From positions 1 through 62,182 of the forward strand of contig CAYWBE010000001.1 in the NCBI GenBank assembly GCA_964456295.1: 62,182 bases of DNA, in the 5' to 3' direction. This document shows positions 8,596 to 18,472 of the stretch, in pieces. The DNA comes from an uncultured Candidatus Nemicrothrix sp. GTDB lineage: Bacteria; Actinomycetota; Acidimicrobiia; Acidimicrobiales; MedAcidi-G1. The first letter of the stretch is position 1, and every line of letters starts with the position of its first letter. Made by a program: the position numbers and the translations under genes. Below the pieces are notes generated by a model. That model was given only the letters and a program-made list of their open reading frames with translations, searched no databases and was not told the DNA's origin.

Positions 8596-10122
8596 TCAGC
8601 CTCCCAGAGCGGGCACCGGATGGGTGTCCAGGGCGATGGCGACGTTCTTGGTCTCCATGTAGAAGTCGAAGCTCCAGTCGCCACCGTCGCGGCCGATGCC
8701 GCTGGCCTTGGTGCCCCCGAAGGGCGTCGGCAGGTGGCGGACGTTCTGCGAGTTGACCCAGACCATGCCCACGTCCAGTGCCTGGGCCACCCGGTGGGCC
8801 CGGCCCACGTCGCCGGTCCACACGTAGCCGGCCAGGCCGTAGTCGACGTCGTTGGCGATGGCCACCGCGTCGGCCTCGTCGGTGAAGGGCAGCACGGTCA
8901 GGGTGGGCCCGAACACCTCCTCGCGGGCCACCCGCATCGACGGGTCGGCACCGGTGAACAGGACGGGCGCCGTCCAGTTGCCACCGGCCGGCGCGTCGGC
9001 CCACGGGGTGCCGACCACCACCTCGGCACCGTCGGCAGCCGCAATGGCCCGATAGCCGTCGACCTTGTCCAGGTGTCGGGGGTGGATCAGCGGTCCGACC
9101 ACGCTCGCCGGATCCAGGGGATGACCGACCCGCACGCCGCGCATCTTGGCCGTCAGCCGCTCCACGAACTGGTCGTGGATGGTGTCCTGGACGAGCAGGC
9201 GGCTGGAGCTGGTGCACCGCTCGCCGTTGAGGCTGTAGATCATGAACACCACGGCATCCAGCGCCCGGTCGATGTCGGCGTCGTCGAACACCACCACCGG
9301 GTTCTTGCCCCCCAGCTCGAAGTGGACCCGCTTGAGGGTCGGTGCCCCCTGGGCCTGGATGGCCGAGCCGGTGGACGACTCGCCCACGAAGGCCACGGCC
9401 TTCACCGCCGGGTGTTCGGTCAGGGCCCGACCCGCCGACTCGCCGAACCCGTGGACGACGTTCAGCACGCCGGGGGGCAGGCCGGCCTCCAGGGCGATCT
9501 CGGCCAGCAGGGTGGCGGTGTACGGGCTCCACTCGGCCGGCTTGTGGACCACCGTGCATCCGGCGGCCAGGGCCGGTGCGATCTTCCACGTGGACAGCAT
9601 GAACGGGGTGTTCCACGGCGTGATGACACCCACCGGCCCGAGCGGGTGGCGGGTCGTGTAGTTCACGTGGTGGTCCGAGGGGAGGGACTGCCCGTCGGCG
9701 GCACCCGGCGCCCGGTCGGCGAAGAACCGGAAGTTCTCGGCCCCCCGTAGGGCGGCGGCCGACATGAACCGCATGGTCTGGCCGGTGTCGACGCACTCCA
9801 CCACGGCCAGCTCGTGGGCCCGGGCCTCGATCCCGTCGGCCACCCGGTGGAGGATCCGCCGGCGCTCGGTGCCCGGGGTGGCGCCCCATTCGGTGAACGC
9901 CTCGGCAGCCGCCCCGGCCGCCCGGTCGACGTCCGCGGCGTCACCAGAGGCCACGTCTCCGAGGTGGCCACCGTCGATGGGCGAGGCGTTGGCGAATGTC
10001 TCCCCGGAGATGCTGGGCACCGCCTCACCGCCCACCAGGTGCCCGATGGGCGATGCGGCGAACCGGGCCAGGTGGCGCTCGGCGGCGGCCAGGTTCTCCC
10101 CGAGGGTCCCGAAGGCGGCCAT
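8596..10122 (-). CDS. hpaE: NAD-dependent aldehyde dehydrogenase (5-carboxymethyl-2-hydroxymuconate semialdehyde dehydrogenase-like)
   Basis: ALDH motifs FELGGKNP and GERCTSSSR. The start is taken at ATG 10122 (MAAFGTLGEN), which overlaps the upstream stop as TGATG. Confidence 0.83.
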   Translation of the reverse strand: MAAFGTLGENLAAAERHLARFAASPIGHLVGGEAVPSISGETFANASPIDGGHLGDVASGDAADVDRAAGAAAEAFTEWGATPGTERRRILHRVADGIEARAHELAVVECVDTGQTMRFMSAAALRGAENFRFFADRAPGAADGQSLPSDHHVNYTTRHPLGPVGVITPWNTPFMLSTWKIAPALAAGCTVVHKPAEWSPYTATLLAEIALEAGLPPGVLNVVHGFGESAGRALTEHPAVKAVAFVGESSTGSAIQAQGAPTLKRVHFELGGKNPVVVFDDADIDRALDAVVFMIYSLNGERCTSSSRLLVQDTIHDQFVERLTAKMRGVRVGHPLDPASVVGPLIHPRHLDKVDGYRAIAAADGAEVVVGTPWADAPAGGNWTAPVLFTGADPSMRVAREEVFGPTLTVLPFTDEADAVAIANDVDYGLAGYVWTGDVGRAHRVAQALDVGMVWVNSQNVRHLPTPFGGTKASGIGRDGGDWSFDFYMETKNVAIALDTHPVPALGG

Positions 10123-10517
10123 CAGGGGGAGGCCTCGTCGGTCCGGATGCGGTTGCGGTTGACCCGCCACCGGGCGTCGATCTCCTGGACCTCGATGCTC
10201 CAGGCGATGGTCAGGTCGGTGGCCGTGCCGTCGGGCCCCTCCACGGTGGCCACTGCGTCGTCCAGGATCGCGTCCAGGAAGGCCTGCTTCTCGTCGTCGG
10301 TGCGACCCGGACCGACCCGCACGGTGATGGCCACGAAGGCCCGCGACGCCTCGCCATCAGCCACCCGGTAGTGCCGTCGGGCCACAGCCCGGGTCCGCAG
10401 GCCGGCGGCCGGCACCCAGTCGTGGCCCAGGGCCGTCTCGTGGACGGCGGCCACCAGGGCGTCGACGTCGTGGTGGTCGGCGACGTTGGCCGAGTGCTCG
10501 AGGGTGACGTGGGGCAT
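10122..10517 (-). CDS. hpaF: 5-carboxymethyl-2-hydroxymuconate isomerase family protein
   Basis: 131 aa. The MPHVTLEHSANV N-terminus and overall size are typical of the CHM isomerase (tautomerase-related) family. It is the first gene of the minus-strand hpa operon. Confidence 0.72.
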   Translation of the reverse strand: MPHVTLEHSANVADHHDVDALVAAVHETALGHDWVPAAGLRTRAVARRHYRVADGEASRAFVAITVRVGPGRTDDEKQAFLDAILDDAVATVEGPDGTATDLTIAWSIEVQEIDARWRVNRNRIRTDEASP

Positions 10518-10577
10518 GGGTGGCGTGCGACTTCCTCTTGCGGGTCTCTACCGGCGGGCACTTTCCCTTTCCGGTCC

Positions 10578-10612
10578 CATATGTATAACATGTGAACTAA
10601 TCGTTGGAAACC
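10578..10612. promoter_or_regulatory. AT-rich island in the divergent hpa promoter region (candidate HpaR/MarR operator plus promoters)
   Basis: catatgtataacatgtgaactaatcgttggaaacc sits in an otherwise ~70% GC context between divergent operons. It contains the short palindromes catatg and acatgt. It also contains aatcgttggaaacc, which resembles the motif at 59991-60003. Confidence 0.4.
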
Positions 10613-10631
10613 CCCGGCCGGAGGCCGGCCC

Positions 10632-11561
10632 GTGCGACTCCTCTCCTACTCCCATCCCCACCCGGGCTACGGCCTGTTGGACCGGTCCGGCACCGGCGTG
10701 ATCGACCTCGGCGCCCGCCTACCCGACGTGGCTGACCTCCAGGCCCTGGTGGCCTCGGGCCGCACCGACGAGGCCGTGGCATTCGTCGACGAACCGGCCG
10801 ACCACCCGCTGGACGCCATCACCTTCGACCGGCCACTGGCCTGGCCCCGCAAGGTGTTCTGCATCGGCGTGAACTACGGAGGCCGGGCATCGGAGTATGC
10901 AGATCCCGCCGACGCCTCCTACCCGTCGGTGTTCGTCCGCTTCCCCGATTCGTTCACCGGCCACGACCGGCCACTGGTCCGCCCACCGGAGAGCCCGCAG
11001 TTGGACTACGAGGGCGAGATCGTGGCCGTGGTCGGTCGGGGCGGCCGACGCATCGGCGTGGACCGGGCGCTGGACCACCTGGTGGGCCTCACCCTGGGCA
11101 ACGAGGGCACGATCCGCGACTGGGTCCGCCACGCCAAGTTCAACGTCACCCAGGGCAAGAACTGGGCATCGTCGGGCGCCATCGGCCCGTGGATCACCTG
11201 CTTCACCGGGCCGTCAGACAGCACGGAAGCCGGTGACCACGGCCTGCGTCGAACCGACCTCGAGGACCTGCACCTGACGACGACCGTCAACGGCGAGGTC
11301 CGCCAGGACGACACCCCGGCCACCATGAAGTACGACATCGCCTACCAGGTCCACTACCTGTCCACGTTCACCGAACTGTCCCCCGGCGACCTGATCTTCA
11401 CCGGCACCCCGACCGGCGCCGGCGCCCGCTTCGACCCGCCCCGCTGGCTGGTGCCCGGCGACGTCGTGGAGGTCTCGGTTCCCGGGCTGGGCACGCTGCG
11501 CAACACCATTGCCGACGAGTTCCCCGACGGCCCCGACCACCGACCCCCACAGCCCCGATGA
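10632..11561 (+). CDS. hpaG: fumarylacetoacetate hydrolase family protein (OPET decarboxylase / HHDD isomerase-like)
   Basis: 309 aa. FAH-fold motifs FCIGVNY, LDYEGEIVAVVG and GDLIFTGTPTG. GTG start behind ggagg. Confidence 0.82.
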   Translation: MRLLSYSHPHPGYGLLDRSGTGVIDLGARLPDVADLQALVASGRTDEAVAFVDEPADHPLDAITFDRPLAWPRKVFCIGVNYGGRASEYADPADASYPSVFVRFPDSFTGHDRPLVRPPESPQLDYEGEIVAVVGRGGRRIGVDRALDHLVGLTLGNEGTIRDWVRHAKFNVTQGKNWASSGAIGPWITCFTGPSDSTEAGDHGLRRTDLEDLHLTTTVNGEVRQDDTPATMKYDIAYQVHYLSTFTELSPGDLIFTGTPTGAGARFDPPRWLVPGDVVEVSVPGLGTLRNTIADEFPDGPDHRPPQPR

Positions 11562-12064
11562 CCGACACCGCCGCTCCCGCCGCCGACCTCCGGCCGTTCA
11601 CCCGGTCGCTCCCCATGGCCCTACTGCGGGCCCGTGAGGCCGCCATGCGGCGATTCCGCCCCCACCTGGCCACCCACGGCCTGACCGAACAGCGGTGGCG
11701 GGTACTACGCGCCCTGAACGCCGCCGGCAGTCCACTGGACGTCGGTGAGGTGGCCGACCGGACCTTCCTGCTGGCCCCCAGCCTGTCGAGGATCCTCACC
11801 GACCTCGACGGCCTCGGCCTGGTGGACCGGGTAGCCGACGCCGGCGACCGCCGCCGGGCCCTGCTGTCGCTGACCACCGAGGGACGTCGCGTGGTGGCCC
11901 GGGTGGCCCCCGAGTCCGAGGCCATCTACGGCCAGATCGAGGAGCGCTTCGGCGCCGACCGCCTGGACGCCCTGTTGACCGACCTCCGGGACCTGGAGGA
12001 GGCCCTGGACGAGGAGATCCTGAGCGGGGAGACCCTGAGCGAGGAGAAGGGCACACCGGCATGA
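11558..12064 (+). CDS. hpaR: MarR-family regulator (HpaR-like)
   Basis: 168 aa. The wHTH LTEQRWRVLRAL...VGEVADRTFLLAPSLSRILTDLDGLGLVDR...DRRR is typical of the homoprotocatechuate repressor type. ATGA overlap with hpaG. Confidence 0.78.
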   Translation: MTDTAAPAADLRPFTRSLPMALLRAREAAMRRFRPHLATHGLTEQRWRVLRALNAAGSPLDVGEVADRTFLLAPSLSRILTDLDGLGLVDRVADAGDRRRALLSLTTEGRRVVARVAPESEAIYGQIEERFGADRLDALLTDLRDLEEALDEEILSGETLSEEKGTPA

Positions 12065-12879
12065 GCATCACCGACGATCAGGCCCGGGCCGAGGCGGCCG
12101 TGCTGGACGAAGCCGAACGGACGGCCACCCAGGTGCGCCAGACCACGTCGATCCACCCCGACCTGACACTGGATGACGCCTACCGGATCCAGGCCGCCTG
12201 GCAGGACCTGCGCCTGACCCGCGGCGAACGCCTCGTCGGCCACAAGATCGGCCTGACGTCGAGGGCCATGCAACAGGCCATGCGAATCGACACCCCCGAT
12301 TCGGGCTTCCTCACCGACGCCATGGTCCACGCCGCCGACACCGAGCTCCCGGCGGCCAGCTACACCGACCCCAAGCTGGAGGTGGAGCTGGCCTTCGTCC
12401 TGGGCCGTGACCTGACCGTGGAACCGGGAGCCGACGACCTGACCGTCGACGACGTGCTGGACGCCACCGACCACGTCACCCCGGCCGCCGAACTGCTGGC
12501 CGCCCGTTCGGTGCGAATCGACCCCGACACCGGCCGCACCCGCACCGTCATCGACACGGTGGCCGACAACGCGGCCGACGCCGGCATCGTCTGTGGTGGT
12601 ACACCCGTCGGGCCCCGGGACCTGGACCTCCGCTGGGTCGGCGGCCTCATCGAACGCAACGGCGTCGTCGAGGAGACCGGCCTGGCCGCCGGCGTCGGTG
12701 GCCACCCGGCCCTCGGGATCGTCTGGCTGGCCCGTCGGTACGCCGACCAGGGCCTGAGCCTGCGAGCCGGCCAGGTCGTGCTGGCCGGATCGTTCACCCG
12801 ACCGGTCGACGTCCGACCCGGCGACGAGTTCGCCTTCGACTACGGCCCGCTGGGCCGCTTCACCCTGGGGTTCACCTGA
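12061..12879 (+). CDS. hpaH: 2-oxo-hept-3-ene-1,7-dioate hydratase / 2-keto-4-pentenoate hydratase family
   Basis: 272 aa. The [12 protein letters not shown] motif and FAH-like C-terminal fold match the MhpD/HpaH family. ATGA overlap with the regulator gene. Confidence 0.85.
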   Translation: MSITDDQARAEAAVLDEAERTATQVRQTTSIHPDLTLDDAYRIQAAWQDLRLTRGERLVGHKIGLTSRAMQQAMRIDTPDSGFLTDAMVHAADTELPAASYTDPKLEVELAFVLGRDLTVEPGADDLTVDDVLDATDHVTPAAELLAARSVRIDPDTGRTRTVIDTVADNAADAGIVCGGTPVGPRDLDLRWVGGLIERNGVVEETGLAAGVGGHPALGIVWLARRYADQGLSLRAGQVVLAGSFTRPVDVRPGDEFAFDYGPLGRFTLGFT

Positions 12880-13676
12880 TGACGACCACCGGAACGAACA
12901 CGCCGCCCAACCGCTTCAAGGAGGGCCTGGCCGGGGACCGGGTCCAGTACGGGCTGTGGATGGGCCTGGCCGACCCGGTGGTGGCCGAGATCATCGCCGG
13001 GGCCGGCTTCCACTGGCTGACCATCGACCAGGAGCACGCCCCCAACGACGTGCGGACCACGCTGGCCCAACTCCAGGCCATCGCCCCCTACCCGGTGGAG
13101 CCCATCATCCGGCCGCTGCAGGCCGACCGGGCACTGGTCAAGCAGGCCATGGACCTCGGCGCCCGCACCATCCTCGTACCGATGGTCGACACCCCGGAAC
13201 TGGCCGCCGAGATGGCCGCCGCCGTGCGCTACCCGCCGGCCGGCACCCGTGGGGTGGCCAGCGCCCGGGCCGCCCGATGGGGCCGTCGGACCGACCACTG
13301 GGAACGGGCCGACGCCGAGGCCTGCCTGGTCGTCCAGATCGAGTCGACCACCGCGCTCGACAACCTGGAGGCCATCGCGGCGGTCGACGGCGTGGACGCC
13401 CTGTTCGTGGGCCCGTCTGACCTGGGGGCCGCCCTCGGCCACCTGGGTGGGGCCGGCCATCCCGAGGTCCGGGATGCCGTGGTCCGGGCGATCCGCGCCA
13501 TCCGGGCCGCCGGGAAGCCGGCCGGCGTGCTGGCCACCACCCCCGAACTGGTGGACGAGTACGTGGCCGCCGGCGCGTCGTTCGTCGGCGTGGGCGTCGA
13601 CACCCACGTCCTGGCCCGGGCCACCAGCGACCTGGCGGGCCGATGGACCGGTCCAGAGGCGGACTCCGATGGCTGA
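12879..13676 (+). CDS. hpaI: HpcH/HpaI-family 2,4-dihydroxyhept-2-ene-1,7-dioate aldolase
   Basis: 265 aa. GLWMGLADPVVAEIIAGAGFHWLTIDQEHAPND and VQIESTTALDNLEAI are class II aldolase HpaI motifs. Confidence 0.88.
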   Translation: MTTTGTNTPPNRFKEGLAGDRVQYGLWMGLADPVVAEIIAGAGFHWLTIDQEHAPNDVRTTLAQLQAIAPYPVEPIIRPLQADRALVKQAMDLGARTILVPMVDTPELAAEMAAAVRYPPAGTRGVASARAARWGRRTDHWERADAEACLVVQIESTTALDNLEAIAAVDGVDALFVGPSDLGAALGHLGGAGHPEVRDAVVRAIRAIRAAGKPAGVLATTPELVDEYVAAGASFVGVGVDTHVLARATSDLAGRWTGPEADSDG

Positions 13677-14949
13677 GCGCGGCTACCACCAGGAGCGGGC
13701 CGAAACCCCTCCACCGCCCAGCGGCTGCCCGGTGCATGCCTCGTGGAGCCCGCTGGACGACGACTACCAGGCCGACCCCTACCCCATCGCCGGTCGGCTC
13801 CGCGACGAGCACCCCGTCTTCTACGCCGAGAGCCTCGACGCCCTCGTGGTGACCCGGATGGCCGACATCGAGGCCGTGTTCACCGACCACGAGACGTTCG
13901 CCTCGACCAACGTCCAGGACCCGGTCTTCCCCCTGGCCCCCGAGGCCCACGACGTGCTCGCCGCCCCGGACTTCGACCCGGTGGCCGTCATGTCCAACCG
14001 CCCCGAGCCCGACCACGGCCGCATCCGGGTCCACACCCGGCAGGGGTTCTCCAACCGGCGGCTTCGCACCCTGGAACCGTTCATCCGCAACCGCACCCAC
14101 GAGCTGCTGGACGCCATGGAAGCCGGGGGGTCACCGGCCGAGTACGTCGAGGCCCTGGCCTTTCCCCTGCCCGGCGAGACCATCTTCCGGTTCATCGGCT
14201 TCCCACCGGCCGACGACGAGCGGCTCAAGGACTGGTGCGGCGAACGCAAGGCCTTCTCGTGGGGCCGGCCCACCACCGACCAGCAGGTGGAGATCGCCAG
14301 CTCCATGCTGGACTACTGGCGGTACTGCCGTGAGTTCACGGCGTCCAAGCGGGACCAGCCGGGCGACGACTTCGCCTCCGAGCTGCTGGCCGCCCACGCC
14401 GAACACCCCGACGAGATCTCCTACCGGGAGGTCGAGTCGGTCATCTACGGCCTGTCCTTCGCCGGGCACGAGGCCATCACCTCGCTGCTGTGCAACACGC
14501 TGCTGTGCCTGCTGCCCCGCCGGGACCAGTGGGACGCCCTGTGCGCCGACCCGTCCCTGGTGCCCAACGCCATCGAGGAGGTCATGCGCTTCGAGTCCAG
14601 CCAGGTCTCGTGGCGGCGGGTCACCACCCGGGACACCGAGTTGGGCGGGATGGAGGTTCCGGCCGGCACGACCATCTTCCTGAACTTCGCGGCGGCCAAC
14701 CGCCAGCCCGACCTGTGGGACGACCCCGACGAGTTCGACATCCACCGGCCCGACGCCAACCGGCACATCTCGTTCGGCAAGGGCGTCCACTTCTGCCTGG
14801 GCGCCAGGTACGCGAAGTTCGAAGCCCAGGTGGTGACCGAGATCCTGACCGAGCGGTTTCCCGGCCTCCGGCTGGTCGACGACCAGGAACTGGACTACTT
14901 CCCCAACATCACCTTCCGGGGCCCCACCGAGTTGCAGGTCGCCTGGTGA
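13669..14949 (+). CDS. cytochrome P450 (no. 2), translationally coupled to hpaI
   Basis: The start is taken at ATG 13669 (MAERGYHQ...), giving an 8-nt overlap with hpaI. FAGHEAITS, EEVMRF, FGKGVHFCLG. The longer track ORF from 13249 lies inside hpaI in another frame. Confidence 0.9.
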   Translation: MAERGYHQERAETPPPPSGCPVHASWSPLDDDYQADPYPIAGRLRDEHPVFYAESLDALVVTRMADIEAVFTDHETFASTNVQDPVFPLAPEAHDVLAAPDFDPVAVMSNRPEPDHGRIRVHTRQGFSNRRLRTLEPFIRNRTHELLDAMEAGGSPAEYVEALAFPLPGETIFRFIGFPPADDERLKDWCGERKAFSWGRPTTDQQVEIASSMLDYWRYCREFTASKRDQPGDDFASELLAAHAEHPDEISYREVESVIYGLSFAGHEAITSLLCNTLLCLLPRRDQWDALCADPSLVPNAIEEVMRFESSQVSWRRVTTRDTELGGMEVPAGTTIFLNFAAANRQPDLWDDPDEFDIHRPDANRHISFGKGVHFCLGARYAKFEAQVVTEILTERFPGLRLVDDQELDYFPNITFRGPTELQVAW

Positions 14950-14965
14950 CGGTCAGGACGACGAA

Positions 14966-15592
14966 TCAGTCGGCGGACCCGGCACGGCGATAGACATACC
15001 CGGCCGGCTCGGGGTGCCCAGCCCAGATCCGAGTTCGGAAAAACTGCAAAGCAGGACCAACCGCGAGCGCGAAAACCACGGTTCCCAACCCGAATCGGCC
15101 TCCAAGGGCGCCACCGACTACCAACACCGTGGCCTCCAGCATGGTTCGGGCGACACGGAGGCTCAACCCAGCATCGACCAGCGCCATCATCAGGCCGTCA
15201 CGAACGCCAATGCCGAGGCCACCACCGATGTAGAGCATCGAGCCAAAGGCCACCATCATCGGGGCAGCGGCCACCAGCACGAGGCGGACCGCCATGGCCG
15301 ACGGTGTATCCACAACGGCCAGCACCACATTCACGGTCGATCCAATGATGGCCACGTTGGCCACCGTGGCCAAGCCAATCGGTTGGCGAAGCCCGACCAC
15401 CAAGCCGAGCAGCACCACACCTAGCCCGACGATGACCGTGCCTGGCTGACGATCGAGTAGGCCGGCCAGAGCGTCGTGTAGGACGTCCCACGGGCCGACA
15501 CCCAGGTCAGCCAGGAACAGGGCTCCGATCCCGGCACCGAACAGAACCAGGCCCACGAGGATTGCCGCAACCCTGATGATCATCTCCCCCAT
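14966..15592 (-). CDS. integral membrane protein, YczE/COG2364-like
   Basis: 208 aa with about 6 TM segments. GAGIGALFLADLGVGPWDVLHDAL resembles the YczE-family signature. Confidence 0.55.
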   Translation of the reverse strand: MGEMIIRVAAILVGLVLFGAGIGALFLADLGVGPWDVLHDALAGLLDRQPGTVIVGLGVVLLGLVVGLRQPIGLATVANVAIIGSTVNVVLAVVDTPSAMAVRLVLVAAAPMMVAFGSMLYIGGGLGIGVRDGLMMALVDAGLSLRVARTMLEATVLVVGGALGGRFGLGTVVFALAVGPALQFFRTRIWAGHPEPAGYVYRRAGSAD

Positions 15593-15747
15593 CAGGTCAT
15601 TCTGATGCCCGTGTCACGGGACGAGCCTGACGGGGCTGGGCATATGCGCGGAGCCGGGCGACCCGACCGAAGAATGTCGGTCGAGCCGCCCGGAGCACCC
15701 GGCAGTTAGATCAGGCGAGGCCAAGCCAGCGCCGACCCTCTGAACAG

Positions 15748-16872
15748 CTACTCGCCGCCCAGGTTGAGGGTCACGTCCACCCGCCGCCAGTTCTTGCCGG
15801 TGGTGTCCACGCCGCGGTTCTTCAACATCTCCACAGCCGCCTCGGCGTACTCCGTCGTGTAGGCGCCGGAATCGGGTGCTGAGGCGAGGATCCCTTGGCT
15901 AGTCGCCACGTCGATGGTCTGGGCCCATAGGCCCCCGTCCATCACACCAGCCCCGTCAGGCGACGGCCAGATCAGGCCATTGATCTCGTTCATCTGCCAT
16001 GCCTGATGTGACGCACCAAGCGATGAACCGTTGTTGAGCACGATCTCAACGCAATTCGCTGAATTGTCACGGCAGTACATCCAACCCTCAAGGGAGGCAG
16101 CCACAAAGCGGGTGGTGATGTCGGCGTAGTCGGCGTCGCCGAGCCGTGCTCCGTCGGCCCACAGGGCGTCTTGGAGCATGGCCGTCCCTTCGTCGTTCCA
16201 ATCGATGACCGCTAGGTCGTCCTCGGTGACACGCTTACCTGTAGCCGGGTTGAGCGACTCAAGCATCTGGGCGTACTCGTTGTAGATCATCGCCTGGGCG
16301 GCGTCGATCTCTCCATTGAGCAGGGCCAGCATGTCAAAGCTCTGCTGAACCAACTCATAGTCGCTGGACGGGTCGAGGCCCGCCTTGCGCGAACCGGCTA
16401 GGAGCTCAAACTCGTTGCCCCATCCCCAGTTGCCGACCACCTTGCCAGCCAAGTCCGCTGGGCTCTCAATGCCGGCGTCGGCCCACGAAACCTGCAGGGT
16501 TCCCGAACGCTGGAACACCTGGGCCACGTTGACGATGTCCATGCCCTCCTCGCGCGGGACCAGGGCCTTGGGCACCCATGACACGGCAAAGTCCACGGCT
16601 CCTGAAGCCAACTGCTGATGGGGGGCAATGTCGACCCCTCCTTCGCGGATCTCTACATCGAGGCAGTATTTCTCGTAGATCCCCTCGTCGGCGGCCGCGT
16701 AATAGCCCGCGAACTGCGCCTGGGTAAGCCACTGCAACTGCAACGAAACAGAGTCAACCGATTCGCAGTCGCCAATGCCGATCGCGGCTTCGTCACTGCC
16801 GCAGGCAGTGGCAAACAGCGTCAGGACTGCCAGCACCGCCAGCAGTCTCGTCGTCAATCGCTTCTTCATCAT
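15748..16872 (-). CDS. ABC transporter substrate-binding lipoprotein, NMT1/THI5 (NitT/TauT, ThiY-like) family
   Basis: The start is taken at MMKKRL... with a lipoprotein signal (LFATAC-GSDE). LQLQWLTQAQFAGYYAA is the NMT1-type core. ATGA overlap with the permease stop. Confidence 0.8.
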   Translation of the reverse strand: MMKKRLTTRLLAVLAVLTLFATACGSDEAAIGIGDCESVDSVSLQLQWLTQAQFAGYYAAADEGIYEKYCLDVEIREGGVDIAPHQQLASGAVDFAVSWVPKALVPREEGMDIVNVAQVFQRSGTLQVSWADAGIESPADLAGKVVGNWGWGNEFELLAGSRKAGLDPSSDYELVQQSFDMLALLNGEIDAAQAMIYNEYAQMLESLNPATGKRVTEDDLAVIDWNDEGTAMLQDALWADGARLGDADYADITTRFVAASLEGWMYCRDNSANCVEIVLNNGSSLGASHQAWQMNEINGLIWPSPDGAGVMDGGLWAQTIDVATSQGILASAPDSGAYTTEYAEAAVEMLKNRGVDTTGKNWRRVDVTLNLGGE

Positions 16873-17681
16873 TCCCTCCCGGGTGTAGTTGTCAACTCGC
16901 CTTCCGCCATCGCCGATCGCCAAGGCATGCTTGCACGCTCAACTAGCAGGGCTATGGCGAACAAACCTAGGCCAAGAGCCGAGGCGACTCCGATGGCGGC
17001 CCAAGCAACGTCATACCTCACGAATGCGACGTTAGATGTGATGACGTTGCCAATGCGATCCTGGGGGCCACCAAAGTATTCGGCCACAATCGCGGCGATT
17101 ACCGACAGGGGCGCCACCAGCCGGAGGGAGTTGGCGAAAAATGGAAGGGCGTTGGGAACTCGCACCTCCCGAAAGATCGTCCACTTGCTGGCCGCGTAGG
17201 AATGCATGAGCTCAATCTCGTCGGGATGTACCGCTGTGAGACCTCGAGATGTGTTGATGAAGACGGGGAAAAAGACCACGGCGATTACTACAGACTGGTT
17301 GCTGAGCGTGCCGGTGATCCCGAACCAGGCATTGAAGATGGGGGCAAGGGCCACTATCGGCGTGGCGTTGACGACCACGGCAAGTGGTGTAAGACCCTCT
17401 TCGAGCGTACGAAAGCGCGTGGTCAAGAAAGCCAGCGCTACACCGGCCATGATGCCGATCAGCAGGCCGCTTACCGCGATCCAGCCCGTCTCCCATATGG
17501 CGTGGCGCAGAACGGGCCAGTTGTCCGCAAGCTCTTCCACGATCGACGTGGGCCTCGGCAACAGGAACTCCCGAATTCCGAAACCCTTTACGACCGCCTC
17601 CCAGAGCAGGAGACCGACCACACCCACCGTTATCGGCGGTCCCAGGACAGAAGCCCGGCCACGAAGTCGCCGCACCATCAC
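16869..17681 (-). CDS. ABC transporter permease (NitT/TauT family)
   Basis: 270 aa and multi-TM, with a BPD-transporter EAA-type loop (SYAASKWTIFREVRVPNALP). Confidence 0.85.
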   Translation of the reverse strand: MMVRRLRGRASVLGPPITVGVVGLLLWEAVVKGFGIREFLLPRPTSIVEELADNWPVLRHAIWETGWIAVSGLLIGIMAGVALAFLTTRFRTLEEGLTPLAVVVNATPIVALAPIFNAWFGITGTLSNQSVVIAVVFFPVFINTSRGLTAVHPDEIELMHSYAASKWTIFREVRVPNALPFFANSLRLVAPLSVIAAIVAEYFGGPQDRIGNVITSNVAFVRYDVAWAAIGVASALGLGLFAIALLVERASMPWRSAMAEGELTTTPGRE

Positions 17682-18472
17682 CCGCCGCCCTCCACGGCCC
17701 GAAGCGCTTCGCGGATTTCAGTCGCCTTCTCGAAGAAGGCTGGGTCCTGCCTCGTATCGTCACTGCGATCACCTAGGTCAACATCGACTACGGAGTGGAT
17801 ACGGCCGGGCCGTGGCGACAAGACCACGACTCGATTGGAGAGAAAGGCCGACTCAGGTACCGAGTGGGTGACGAATACGACGGTGGTCTGGGTTTCTCGC
17901 CAAATCCGAAGTAGTTCAAGCTGCATGTGCTCACGGGTCATCTCATCGAGTGCCCCGAAAGGCTCATCCATCAGCAACAACTTCGGCTGGAACGAGAGCG
18001 CCCGGGCAATGGACACACGCTGTTGCATGCCGCCGCTGAGCTGGCGGGGATAATGCCCACCGAAGTCCTCAAGCCTTACCAGTCCAAGCATTTCTGCTGA
18101 CCTGGCTGACCTCTCGTCTCTTGACCACCCACGGAGTTCCAGCGGTAACTCGATGTTGGCTAGCACCCGGCGCCAATCGAATAATCCGGGATGCTGAAAC
18201 ACCATGCCGTAGTCCTGATCCAGGCGAGCCTCGTGGGCTGATTTGCCGAAGACCGTCACCGCTCCGGTAGTCGGGGCGAGCAAGTCACCGACCAGGCGCA
18301 AGAGAGTCGATTTGCCGCAACCGGAGGGGCCGATCAGCGATATGAACTCCCCAGCTTCAACGGTCAGATCGATGCCAGACAACGCCGCTACCTCGGAATC
18401 GCTCCCTTCGTTGAAGACCTTGGCAACCCCATCTATGACAACCGCCTTTTCTGCCGGAACTGGATTACTCAT
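17678..18472 (-). CDS. ABC transporter ATP-binding protein (NitT/TauT family)
   Basis: Walker A GPSGCGKST, signature LSGGMQQRVSIARAL, Walker B LLLMDEPFGALD. Confidence 0.92.
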   Translation of the reverse strand: MSNPVPAEKAVVIDGVAKVFNEGSDSEVAALSGIDLTVEAGEFISLIGPSGCGKSTLLRLVGDLLAPTTGAVTVFGKSAHEARLDQDYGMVFQHPGLFDWRRVLANIELPLELRGWSRDERSARSAEMLGLVRLEDFGGHYPRQLSGGMQQRVSIARALSFQPKLLLMDEPFGALDEMTREHMQLELLRIWRETQTTVVFVTHSVPESAFLSNRVVVLSPRPGRIHSVVDVDLGDRSDDTRQDPAFFEKATEIREALRAVEGGG

